Source: an uncultured delta proteobacterium (GTDB lineage: Bacteria > Myxococcota_A > Polyangia > Polyangiales > JAFGIB01). Taken from it: DNA of 64,000 nucleotides. Position 1 is the stretch's first letter. Every line of letters starts with the position of its first letter. Location: positions 576,001 through 640,000 of the forward strand of contig CAVZVA010000002.1 in assembly GCA_963778655.1 (NCBI GenBank), in the 5' to 3' direction. A program made the position numbers and the translations under genes. Below, piece after piece: positions 53,617-64,000 of the stretch. Below the pieces are notes generated by a model that was not told the DNA's origin, ran no database searches, and saw only the letters and a list, made by a program, of their open reading frames with translations.

Positions 53617-54744
53617 TCACCTCAGCTTGAGCGTCGACAGGCTCGCGATCGCGAGCATCATCGAGATGATCCAGAAGCGCACGATCACCTTCGGCTCCGC
53701 CCAGCCCTTCTTCTCGAAGTGGTGGTGGATCGGCGCCATCAGGAAGATGCGCTTGCCGAACAGCTGGAAGGCGGCGATCTGGCCGAGCACGCTGACCGCC
53801 TCGATCACGAAGATGCCGCCGAGCAAGACCGAGAGCACCTCGTTCTTGGTCAGCACGGCGATCCCGCCCAGCCCGCCGCCGAGCGCCAGCGCGCCCACGT
53901 CGCCCATGAACACCTGGGCGGGGTAGGTGTTGTACCAGAGGAAGCCGACCCCGGCGCCGATCATGGCGCCGCAGTAAATCGCCAGCTCGCTGGCGCTGCG
54001 AATCGAGGGGATGTCGAGGTAACGCGCGACGTCGAAGCCGAACAGGGTCAGACCGGCCGTGTATGACAGGATCATGTAGGTGCCGGCGTTGATCATCACC
54101 GGGCCGATCGCGAGCCCGTCCAGACCGTCGGTGAGGTTGACCGCGTTCGAGGTGCCGACCAGCACGCAGGTCGCGAACGCGACGTACAGCCAGGCCGGCA
54201 CCGACATCGGGTGCTTGGCGAACGCAACGAACGGCAGCGAGACGCGGTCGCGCAGCGCAAGCCAGTCCGCGGGCAGCCCGATCTCGCCGTAGTACAGGTA
54301 CAGACACACGCCGATGGCGATCGGAAACTGCAACAGCAGCTTGGTGCGCATCGACAGCCCGCCGCTGTGCTTGCGCGCGATCTTGAGCGCGTCGTCGGCA
54401 TAACCGATCGCCCCGTACAGCGCCGTGATCGCGGTCACCACCCAGACCATGGTGTTGTGCGGGTCGGCCCACAGCGCGGTGGCGCCGATCAGGGCGAGCA
54501 GGATCAGCGAGCCGCCCATGGTCGGCGTGCCCGCCTTGCTCAGGTGGCTCGCCGGGCCGTCGTCGCGCACGACCTGCCCGATCTGGCGCGACTGCAGCGT
54601 GCGGATGAACCACGGATACAGCCCGAACGTGAGCAGCATCGCGGTCATGGTCGCGGCCAGCACGCGAAACGGCACGTAGCGCAACACGTTCAGAAACGAG
54701 AGACCCTCGTGAACGTGCATGGGATAGAGCAGGTAGTAGATCAC
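53617..54744 (-). CDS. mraY: Phospho-N-acetylmuramoyl-pentapeptide transferase
   Basis: KAGTPTMGG, NAVNLTDGLDG, FMGDVG, APIHHHFE. Confidence 0.97.
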   Translation of the reverse strand: MIYYLLYPMHVHEGLSFLNVLRYVPFRVLAATMTAMLLTFGLYPWFIRTLQSRQIGQVVRDDGPASHLSKAGTPTMGGSLILLALIGATALWADPHNTMVWVVTAITALYGAIGYADDALKIARKHSGGLSMRTKLLLQFPIAIGVCLYLYYGEIGLPADWLALRDRVSLPFVAFAKHPMSVPAWLYVAFATCVLVGTSNAVNLTDGLDGLAIGPVMINAGTYMILSYTAGLTLFGFDVARYLDIPSIRSASELAIYCGAMIGAGVGFLWYNTYPAQVFMGDVGALALGGGLGGIAVLTKNEVLSVLLGGIFVIEAVSVLGQIAAFQLFGKRIFLMAPIHHHFEKKGWAEPKVIVRFWIISMMLAIASLSTLKLR

Positions 54745-56186
54745 CCCTGCCCTCCTCGGGCTTCGGCCAGCCCCTGCACCACCCGCTCCATCGCCATCGA
54801 GCGCGAGCCCTTGACCAGCACCACGTCGCTCGCGCGCAGCAGCGGCCGCACCAAGTCCGGCGCGCCGAGCGGATCGGACAGGTGCGCGACCGACAGCTCG
54901 AGCCCCTGGCTGCGCGCCTGCTCGCGGGCCGCGACCGCCGCCGCGGTCATCTCCAGACCGCAGGCGATCAGCGCGATCACGCCGGGACGCGCGGCGAGCT
55001 TGCCGGCGGCCTGGTGCTCGACCTGCGAGCGCGCGCCCAGCTCCAGCATGTCGCCCAGCACCAACACCGCGCGGCCGCCGCGCGCCCGCGCCAGCTCGAT
55101 CGCGGTCTGCACCGACGCGCGCAGCGAGGCAGGGTTGGCGTTGTAGCTGTCGTCGAGCACCAGCGAGCCGCCCGGTCCAGCCAGCGCGCACAGCCGCCCC
55201 GGCGGCGGCGCCACCTGGCCGAGCCCGCGCGCCGCGGCGTCCAGCGCGCCCTCGCCCGCCACCGCCAGCACCACCGCGATCGCTGCGGCGGCGTCGAGCG
55301 CGGGACCTTCGCCGAAGAGCTGCAGCTCGCAGCGCAGGCTGCGCGCCGGCTGCCGCAGCGCTAGCTCGCACAGCATGCTCGGCAACGCGCGTAGCTCGTG
55401 CTTGAGCAGCCGCACGTCGGCGCCCTCGGCGCGCCCGAAACCGAGCTGCTTCTGCGCTTGCACGCGTGCGAGCTGAGCCGCCAGCACCGCGTCGTCCGCG
55501 CGGTAGATCGCGGTGCCGCTGGCGGGCAGCGCGCAGAGCAACGCCGCCTTCTCCTCGGCCACTTGTTGCAGCGAGCCGAGCCCCGCGGTGTGCGCGGCCG
55601 CGACCGCCGTCACCACCCCGACCTCAGGCGCGCAGATCTCGGCAAGCCGCGCGATCTCACCCGGCGCGCTGGTGCCTATCTCGATCACCGCCAGATCGCT
55701 GTGCGCATCCAGGCTCAGCAGCGACATCGGCGCGCCCACCAGATTGTTGAGGTTGCCCTCGGAGCGGGCGACCCGGCTGCCGGCTTCACGCAGCGCCGCG
55801 AAGGCGAGCTCCTTGGTGGTGGTCTTGCCCGCCGAACCGGTCACCGCCACCACGCGCCCGCCCCAGCGCCGCCGGTGCAGCGCCGCGAGCTGTCCGAGCG
55901 CGTGCAGGCTGTCGGCCGCCACCACCCCGCGCGCGCCCGGCGGCAGCGTAGAGCGCGAGCTCACCAGCGCGGCCGCGGCGCCGGCGTCGAGCGCCTGGCG
56001 CACGAAGTCGTGCCCGTCATGACGCTCGCCGCGCAGCGCCACGTACAGGCAGCCCGGGGTCACCGCGCGCGAATCGGTGGTCACCCCATCGAGCGCGCCA
56101 GCTTGCCCGATGGCGTCGCCGGAGCAGGCGGCGGCGACCTCGGCCAGCGAGAAGCGGGCGTGATTGCGCGGGATCGGCGTGGCCAT
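54741..56186 (-). CDS. murF: UDP-N-acetylmuramoyl-tripeptide--D-alanyl-D-alanine ligase
   Basis: TDSR, GSAGKTTTK, DDSYNANP, LGDMLELG, KGSR. Confidence 0.96.
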   Translation of the reverse strand: MATPIPRNHARFSLAEVAAACSGDAIGQAGALDGVTTDSRAVTPGCLYVALRGERHDGHDFVRQALDAGAAAALVSSRSTLPPGARGVVAADSLHALGQLAALHRRRWGGRVVAVTGSAGKTTTKELAFAALREAGSRVARSEGNLNNLVGAPMSLLSLDAHSDLAVIEIGTSAPGEIARLAEICAPEVGVVTAVAAAHTAGLGSLQQVAEEKAALLCALPASGTAIYRADDAVLAAQLARVQAQKQLGFGRAEGADVRLLKHELRALPSMLCELALRQPARSLRCELQLFGEGPALDAAAAIAVVLAVAGEGALDAAARGLGQVAPPPGRLCALAGPGGSLVLDDSYNANPASLRASVQTAIELARARGGRAVLVLGDMLELGARSQVEHQAAGKLAARPGVIALIACGLEMTAAAVAAREQARSQGLELSVAHLSDPLGAPDLVRPLLRASDVVLVKGSRSMAMERVVQGLAEARGGQG

Positions 56187-57694
56187 CAGCCCGCTCCCGC
56201 CCGCGCGCCGAGCGCCCGGCGCGCCTGCTCGACGTCGTCGAATGGCTCGCGCCGGCCGTCCGCGATCTGAACCTTCTCGTGTCCCTTGCCTGCGATCAGC
56301 ACGCTGTCGCCAGGCCGCGCGGCCTGCACCGCGAGCTCGATCGCGCGCCGGCGATCACTGCACACGTGGTAACCGCGCGCGGCACCCGCAAGCTCCGCCG
56401 CCTGCAGCCGCTTCGCCCCGCCATCGACCAACCCGGGCTCGATCTCGGCGAGGATCTGCTCGGGCGGCTCGCCGCGCGGGTTGTCGCTGGTCGCAATCGC
56501 CAGCTCCGCCAGCTCGGCGGCGACCCGCCCCATCAGGGGTCGCTTCGCGCGGTCGCGATCGCCGCCGCAGCCGAACACCAGCAGCAACCGGCCGCGCGTG
56601 ACCGGCCGCAGTGCGAGCAGCACGCGCTGCAGCGCGTCCGGCGTGTGCGCGTAGTCGACGAAGACCGCGATCTCGGCGGCATCCACGCGCTCGAGCCGGC
56701 CCGGCGCGCCGCGCGAGCCCGCCAGCCCGCGCAACACCGCGTCGGGCGACAGCGACAGCGCCAGGCCGCAGCCGAGCGCGATCAGCAGGTTCTCGAGGTT
56801 GTGCTCACCCACCAGCGGGCTGTGCAGCGCGAGCTCGCCGGCCGGCGTAGCCACGCGCGCGCGGATTCCCTGCGCGTCGCCGTCGTGCTGCAGCACGCGG
56901 ATCTCCGCCTGCGCGTCCGCGCGCCGGCTGCAACGCCAGATGCGCCCGGCCGCAGTCTGGGTCAGGCTCGCACCGACCGGGTCGTCGACGTTGAGCACGC
57001 TGTGCTTGGGGCCGAGCTGCTCGAACAGTCGGCGCTTGGCGCGCTCGTAGCTCGCGAGGTCGCCGTGGTAGTCGAGGTGGTCATGGGTCAGGTTGGTGAA
57101 CGCCGCAACCTCGAAGTGCGCGCAGTCCACGCGGTGCATGGCCAGCCCGTGACTCGACACCTCGAGCACCAGATCGGTAGCGCCGCTGTCCACGGCCCAG
57201 CGCGAGAGCCGCATCAGGTCATCAGCCATCGGCGTGGTGTGCGTGGCCGGGCGCACGCCGGCTGGGCCGCGGAAGCTCACCGTCCCCAGCACCGCCGGCT
57301 TGCGTCCGGCCGCGAGCAGAATCGCCTCGACCAGGTACGCGGTGGTGGTCTTGCCGTTGGTACCGGTGATGCCGACCACCGACAGCCCGCGCGTGGGATC
57401 GTCGTAGAGCCGCTGCGCCAGCGCCGAGAGCGCCACCAGCACATCGTCGGCCAACAGCAGCGGCACACCCGCGTCGAAAGGCCGCTCGCACAGCACCGCC
57501 ACGGCGCCGCGTGCGATCGCCTCGGGCGCGAACTCGCTGCCGTGCCTGCGCTCCCCCGCGATCGCCGCGAACATGTCGCCAGGCTGGACCCGCCGCGAGT
57601 CGTGCCGAATGCCGCCAAAGCGCTGCGCGCCGTCGCCGCGCAGCTCGCGCGCCAGCCCCAGCTCGACTGCCTCGCGCAGCGACAGCTCAGCCAT
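56186..57694 (-). CDS. murE: UDP-N-acetylmuramoyl-dipeptide--meso-diaminopimelate ligase
   Basis: GTNGKTTT, HDHLDYH, DYAHTPD, GCGGDRD, DNPR (meso-DAP-type motif), AGKGHE. Confidence 0.96.
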   Translation of the reverse strand: MAELSLREAVELGLARELRGDGAQRFGGIRHDSRRVQPGDMFAAIAGERRHGSEFAPEAIARGAVAVLCERPFDAGVPLLLADDVLVALSALAQRLYDDPTRGLSVVGITGTNGKTTTAYLVEAILLAAGRKPAVLGTVSFRGPAGVRPATHTTPMADDLMRLSRWAVDSGATDLVLEVSSHGLAMHRVDCAHFEVAAFTNLTHDHLDYHGDLASYERAKRRLFEQLGPKHSVLNVDDPVGASLTQTAAGRIWRCSRRADAQAEIRVLQHDGDAQGIRARVATPAGELALHSPLVGEHNLENLLIALGCGLALSLSPDAVLRGLAGSRGAPGRLERVDAAEIAVFVDYAHTPDALQRVLLALRPVTRGRLLLVFGCGGDRDRAKRPLMGRVAAELAELAIATSDNPRGEPPEQILAEIEPGLVDGGAKRLQAAELAGAARGYHVCSDRRRAIELAVQAARPGDSVLIAGKGHEKVQIADGRREPFDDVEQARRALGARAGAG

Positions 57695-59813
57695 CGCGGC
57701 CCTCCGCGGAGGCGCCGGCCAATTTCGCGCGCGCCTGACTATTGGCGCCGGGCGCGGCCGGCGGCGTCTGCTCTGCCGCGAGCCCGTGCGCGGGCGCCGG
57801 CGGCGCATCGAGCGACGGCGGCTCCAGCGTGACCTCGATGGTGGAGCCGAGCTTGGCGGGCTCGCCTGCGCCGGGACGCTGTGTCACGACCACGCCTCCA
57901 CCGCTGAACGAAAGCTCGAAGCCCGCCTCGCGCGCGGTTACCAGCGCGGCGCGGATCGTGCGCCCGCTCAGGTCGGGCACGTGACCTTCGTCGGGCGCGA
58001 GCGGCGCCTGCGGCGCCGGCTTGGCGCCGGCTTCAGCGCCCGCGCGTTTGTGCTCGGTCGCGCGCGCCGGCCGCTTCGCGGCACGCGTCTCGACGGCGAC
58101 TCGCGGCACGATCCCGAGCTGGCGCAGGCTCGCTTCCATGATGCGGCGGAAGGTCGGCGCCGCCACCGTGCCGCCGTGGTGCGCGATCATCGGCTCGTCC
58201 ACCACCACCGCGATCGCCAGTCGCGGGCGGCGCGCCGGCGCAAAGCCGATGAACGACGAGGTCCATTTGCCGTCGGCGTAACCGCCGTGGATGTAGTCCG
58301 CCTTCTGCGCGGTGCCGGTTTTGCCCGCGACCAGAATGCCGTCGATCGCGGCCTCGGTGCCGGTTCCTTTCGCGCCGGTCACAGCGGTCATCATGTCGGT
58401 GATCAGCGCCGCCACGTAGGGCGATACCACCTGCTGGCCGGCGCCGGGCAGCGCTTCCTGCACGGTCTGCCCGCTCGCGTCCTCCACGCGCTTGACCAGC
58501 ACCGGGTGCATCAATCGCCCGTGGTTCGCCAGCGCCGCCACCGCCATCGCGAGCTGCAGCGTGCTCACACTGATGCCCTGGCCGAAGGCGATGGTGGCCG
58601 CGTCCATGTCGTACCAGCGCTTGTAGTGGCGGAAGATGCCCCCGGTCTCGCCCGGCAATCCCAGCCCGGTCGTGCTGCCGAAACCGAAGTCGCGCAACGT
58701 GCCGTAAAGCCGTGCGCGCCCCAGTGCCAGACCGATTTTGGCCGCGCCGATGTTGCTGGAATAGATCAGCACCTCGGCGGGCGTGAGCTCGTCCCACTGG
58801 TGGGTGTCGTGGATCGTGTACTGCGCGACCTTCATCGCGCCGTGCTCGCAGTCGATCTTCTCGTCCGGATGCACGGCGCCCGCCGCGAAGGCGCCGGCGA
58901 GCGTGAATGGCTTGAGCGTGGAGCCCGGCTCGAACTGATCGGTGAGGGCGCGGTCGCGCCGGTGGTTGGCCGCCGAGTCGGTGGGCTCGTTGGGGTTATA
59001 GGTGGGGAAGCTCGCCAGCGCCAGCAGCTCCCCGCTGCGCGGGTCCACCACTGCCACCGAGCCGCCCTTGGCTTCGAAGGTGCGCACCGCCAGCTCCAGC
59101 TCGCGCTCGGCGATGTGCTGGATGGTCTTGTCCAGCGTGAGCACCAGGTCGTCGCCGCGCGCCGCGCGGTCGTCGAGCAGCTGCTCGGAGAAGACCACGC
59201 GCCCGCGGCGGTCGCGGATCGCGGGCACCTGTTCCGAGGAGCCGCGCAGGCGCTCGTCGTACGCGAGCTCGATCCCCTCGATGCCTCGACCGTCGATGTT
59301 GGCAAAGCCGAGCACATGCGCGGCGAGCTCGCGATTGGGATAGAAGCGGCGCGCCTCCGCGGTCAGGCCGACGCCCGGCAGCTCCAGCGTCTCGACCGCC
59401 TTGCTCTCCTTGGGCGAGAGCCGGCGTTTGATCCAGACGAAGTGGCGGTCCTCGCGCAGCCGGCGCTCGATCCGCGCCGCGTCCACGCCGAGCAACGCGG
59501 AGAGCTTCGCGGCAGCTTCCCGCGGGTCCACGCCGGCCGCGCGCATGCGCTTGGGATTGGCGTAGGCGCTGTCGACATCGACGCTGACCGCCAGCTCGTT
59601 GCCGTTGCGGTCGTAGATCGTGCCGCGCTTGGGCGCGAGCGCGATGTCCTTGAGGTACTGCTCCTCGGCCATCTCGCGCAGCGCCGGACCCTGGCGCACC
59701 TGCAGCTGGTAGGTGCGCCGCACGACCAGCGAGGCGCCACCGAGCAGCAGCAGCGCCAGGATGGCGATGCGGACGCGCATGAAGCGGGCGCGGCGGGTCG
59801 GCAGATTCCTCAC
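57687..59813 (-). CDS. ftsI: Penicillin-binding protein 3 with C-terminal PASTA domain
   Basis: RGTIYDRNG, STLK (SxxK), SSN, KTGT; VPDLSG PASTA start. Confidence 0.95.
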   Translation of the reverse strand: MRNLPTRRARFMRVRIAILALLLLGGASLVVRRTYQLQVRQGPALREMAEEQYLKDIALAPKRGTIYDRNGNELAVSVDVDSAYANPKRMRAAGVDPREAAAKLSALLGVDAARIERRLREDRHFVWIKRRLSPKESKAVETLELPGVGLTAEARRFYPNRELAAHVLGFANIDGRGIEGIELAYDERLRGSSEQVPAIRDRRGRVVFSEQLLDDRAARGDDLVLTLDKTIQHIAERELELAVRTFEAKGGSVAVVDPRSGELLALASFPTYNPNEPTDSAANHRRDRALTDQFEPGSTLKPFTLAGAFAAGAVHPDEKIDCEHGAMKVAQYTIHDTHQWDELTPAEVLIYSSNIGAAKIGLALGRARLYGTLRDFGFGSTTGLGLPGETGGIFRHYKRWYDMDAATIAFGQGISVSTLQLAMAVAALANHGRLMHPVLVKRVEDASGQTVQEALPGAGQQVVSPYVAALITDMMTAVTGAKGTGTEAAIDGILVAGKTGTAQKADYIHGGYADGKWTSSFIGFAPARRPRLAIAVVVDEPMIAHHGGTVAAPTFRRIMEASLRQLGIVPRVAVETRAAKRPARATEHKRAGAEAGAKPAPQAPLAPDEGHVPDLSGRTIRAALVTAREAGFELSFSGGGVVVTQRPGAGEPAKLGSTIEVTLEPPSLDAPPAPAHGLAAEQTPPAAPGANSQARAKLAGASAEGRDG

Positions 59814-60118
59814 TCGGCCCTCCCCGAAAGCGTCTCGGCGCGATGCTTGTGACCCATCGAGATCACGCGCGGCGGGGTAGGCTGGTCCATGTCGAAGGCG
59901 CCGCGCGCGACCGCCTCCACGCGGTCGGGCTGGCTCAGGGTCGCGGCCTCGATCGAGAGCAGGCGCCGCGCCTCCAACAGATGGCGTTGCTCCCGGCGCG
60001 CCGCGCCCACGTCGTAGCCGAGCCGCACCGTCTCGAAGCGCAGCGTGAGGTGCACGATGAACGAGGCGGCCGTGGCGATCACGGCGACGGTCCACAACAT
60101 CAGGAAGCGCGCGCTCAT
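59810..60118 (-). CDS. ftsL: Cell division protein FtsL
   Basis: One TM helix plus coiled coil, PDRVEAVAR; sits between rsmH and ftsI. Confidence 0.8.
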   Translation of the reverse strand: MSARFLMLWTVAVIATAASFIVHLTLRFETVRLGYDVGAARREQRHLLEARRLLSIEAATLSQPDRVEAVARGAFDMDQPTPPRVISMGHKHRAETLSGRAE

Positions 60119-60260
60119 GGCTGGTCCTCGCCGGCGGGTCCCCGTTCCGCGCTTCGCGCGGCCCGCCCCCCGCGCCGCGGATACAGTCCGCCCGCCCACC
60201 CCCGCCCGTAGTCCGGCGGCGACTGCGGGCATCTACCGCGCACGGTCGGCACAGCCAGCG

Positions 60261-61166
60261 TCACGATAGTTGCTCCTCACTACGCGCGACGCGGCGCGCG
60301 GCGCGCAGCTTGGCGCTGCGCGAGCGCGGGTTGCGCGCCCGTTCCTCGACGCTGGCTTGCTGCGGCTTCTTGTACAGCGGCAACAGGCGGCCGTCGCCGC
60401 GGAAGGCGTGCTTGACCAGCCTGTCCTCAAGCGAGTGAAACGAGATGATGACCGCCACCGCGCCGTCCTGCAGTAGCTCGGGCAGCGACGAAAGCAGCCC
60501 CTCGAGCTGCTCGAGCTCGCCGTTGACCGCGATTCGCAAGGCCTGGAAAGTGCGCGTCGCGGGATCGACGCGGCCGGCTCGCCTCGGTCCCAGCGCGCGC
60601 ACCACCGCACGCCGCAGATCGGCCGTGCTCTGCAGCGCGCCTTCGTCGCGCGCGCGCAGGATCGAGCGCGCCACCGCGCGCGAGCGCCGCTCCTCACCGA
60701 AGCGATACAGCAGGTCCGCGAGCTCGCGCTCACCGACGTCCTGCAGCAACTCGGCCACGCTCGGGCCGCGCGTGCGATCCATTCGCATATCGAGCGGCCC
60801 CTCGGCGGCAAACGAGAAGCCGCGCTCCGGCTCGTCGAGCTGCGGGGAGCTCACACCCAGATCGGCCACCAGCCCGTCGACGCGCTCGGCACCGAAGCGG
60901 TGCACGATCGAACCGAGCTCCGTATAGTCGCCGTGCACGACCTGCGCGCGCGCGCCGTAGCTCGAGAGCGCGCGGCGCGCCGCGGCGACCGCGTCCGGGT
61001 CCCGGTCGACGGCCACCACGCGACCATCGGGCGCGCTCGCATCGAGGATCGCGCGGCTGTGCCCGCCGCCGCCCGCGGTTGCATCCGCGTACAGGCCGCC
61101 AGCATGCGGGCGCAGGGCGTCGACCGTCTCATGCACCATCACAGACTCGTGCACGAAGCCGTCCAT
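60261..61166 (-). CDS. rsmH: 16S rRNA m4C1402 methyltransferase
   Basis: DATAGGGGHS, DLGVSSPQLD, LDMRMD, FQALRIAVN, NPRSRSAKLR. Confidence 0.97.
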   Translation of the reverse strand: MDGFVHESVMVHETVDALRPHAGGLYADATAGGGGHSRAILDASAPDGRVVAVDRDPDAVAAARRALSSYGARAQVVHGDYTELGSIVHRFGAERVDGLVADLGVSSPQLDEPERGFSFAAEGPLDMRMDRTRGPSVAELLQDVGERELADLLYRFGEERRSRAVARSILRARDEGALQSTADLRRAVVRALGPRRAGRVDPATRTFQALRIAVNGELEQLEGLLSSLPELLQDGAVAVIISFHSLEDRLVKHAFRGDGRLLPLYKKPQQASVEERARNPRSRSAKLRAARRVARSEEQLS

Positions 61167-61618
61167 CAGATGCCCAGCCCGGCCAGACGCCGTTTGAGCG
61201 CCCGGCGCTGCTCGCGATCGCCGAAGAACGCATTGCGCTCTTCGTCGTAGTGCCCCTTGTCCCAGAGCTCGATGCAAGTCGACGTGCCGATCCACACCAC
61301 GTCGCGCTGCAGCCCTGCATACTCGCGCAGCGGCGCCGGGATCAGGATGCGCCCGAGCTTGTCGATCTCACAGTGATGGCCCTCCGCCACCACGAAACGG
61401 CGGTAGGCCTCCAAGTCTTCGTTGAGCTGCGGGACCTGCGCCAGGCGCGCTTCGACCTTGACCCACTCGGGCGTCGTGTAGGCGACCAGGAACTGATCGA
61501 GCGACACGGTGATGAATAGCCGGGTCTCACCGCTCACGGAGAGCGCTTCCCGAAAACGCGACGGCAGGGAGGTGCGGCCCTTACCATCGATCGTGTGCTC
61601 AAACCGTCCGTGAAACAC
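61166..61618 (-). CDS. mraZ: Transcriptional regulator MraZ
   Basis: Two DxxGR motifs (DGKGRTSLP, DKLGRILIP), ELW. Confidence 0.95.
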   Translation of the reverse strand: MFHGRFEHTIDGKGRTSLPSRFREALSVSGETRLFITVSLDQFLVAYTTPEWVKVEARLAQVPQLNEDLEAYRRFVVAEGHHCEIDKLGRILIPAPLREYAGLQRDVVWIGTSTCIELWDKGHYDEERNAFFGDREQRRALKRRLAGLGI

Positions 61619-61650
61619 ACGCGCTCCGCCACCCAAGCCTAGGCACTAGG

Positions 61651-61677
61651 ATCCACTTCTTACCACTTTGATCCGAC
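61651..61677 (-). promoter_or_regulatory. Putative MraZ-binding boxes
   Basis: Minus strand GTCGGatcaaaGTGGtaagaaGTGGat: GTGG-like cores at 10-bp periodicity just upstream of mraZ. Confidence 0.6.
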
Positions 61678-61964
61678 GCTACGGGGATCGCAGCGTCGCT
61701 GTCAACTTCTTTCCCTGTAGCAAGTAGCTGAGATTCCTAGACTTTGCGGCGAGAGTCGGAGCGTGTAGGAAATCGTCGGATGAGCGCATGCACAACGGCC
61801 CACCGGCCCATCGCGCGAGCGCTGATGATCCTTTCAGGCAAGGCACGCATCCGGCGGCGCTTTCGGGACACGGGGTGCGCCTAAAGGGGCCGAGGCATAC
61901 CTTGCGGAGCGCAATGCCGCTCCCGTAGACTTTTTCTATGTTTACGGTCCGTTAGGAGCAGCGC

Positions 61965-62635
61965 TTGCAACTCGACTTCCAGGCCCGCGAGCTGACGGTC
62001 AAGCTGGTCTATTACGGGCCCGCGCTGAGCGGCAAGACGACGAATCTGCAGGCGATCCATCGCCTGCTCGCGCCCGAAGGCCGGGGTCGGCTGATGACCC
62101 TGGAGACGCGCGACGACCGCACGCTGTTCTTCGACCTGCTGCCGCTGAGCTTCAGCACCGCCTCCGGCCTCACCGTGCGCATCAAGCTGTTCACGGTGCC
62201 CGGGCAGGTGATCCACAACTCGACGCGCAAGCTGGTGCTGCAGGGCGCCGATGGCGTGGCCTTCATCGCCGACTCCCAGACCCAGGAGATCCGCGCCAAC
62301 CAGGCGTCCTTCAAGGATCTGCGGCGCAACCTGCGCGAGAACGGGCTCGACGCGGGCAAGATGCCCCTGGTGATCCAGTACAACAAGCGAGATCTGCCCA
62401 ACATCCGTACCGAGCAGGACATCAAGCGGATGGCGGCGATGGGCAAGGAGCCCACGTTCATGGCCACCGCGACTCACGGCACCGGGGTGGCCGCCACGTT
62501 CCTGGGCCTGGTCGAGGCCACCTGGAGGCACCTCGAGGACGAGCACGACCTCAAGGAGCGCTTCGGGCTCGACCACCGGGAAGTGGTGCGCGATCTCGCG
62601 CGGCGCTTTGGCAGCAGCGCCGACGCCGCCACGCT

Positions 62636-62639
<4 letters not shown>
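61965..62639 (+). CDS. MglA-family small GTPase (paralog, no adjacent mglB)
   Basis: KLVYYGPALSGKTTN, RTLFFD (intrinsic Arg finger), TVPGQ, NKRD; TTG start preceded by AGGAG. Confidence 0.9.

Positions 62640-64000
<1,361 letters not shown>

Overview
High-GC (about 70%) chromosomal window from a myxobacterium, probably Polyangiales-like, judged from the MYXO-CTERM protein, Hanks-type kinases with TPR/PEGA partners, PDAG-linker lipoproteins and an MglA-family GTPase. The left half holds a giant Cys-rich surface protein, a kinase-TPR/PEGA-lipoprotein module, an MFS transporter, HPF, a 99-bp x5 tandem palindromic array, tamB, a second kinase, two divergent GT-C-like membrane proteins, a di-heme lipoprotein with a sigma54-type promoter, rimO, an SPT/AONS-like enzyme, a sahR-ahcY operon, argS, a doubly frameshifted gpmI and pyk. 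The right half is the dcw cluster (mraZ-rsmH-ftsL-ftsI-murE-murF-mraY-murD-ftsW-murG ... murC-ftsQ-ftsA-ftsZ; murB and ddl absent). It is split between murG and murC by a 3.3-kb insert carrying apbE, a small Cys-rich lipoprotein and a cas-less type I-G-like CRISPR array (12 repeats, 11 spacers). The array's leader position is occupied by a truncated WYL-regulator-type HTH gene that reads in frame into the repeats; this is the most unusual locus. The window ends in an MglA-like GTPase overlapping a PocR-domain histidine kinase. All calls come from motif recognition by eye; no database searches were run.
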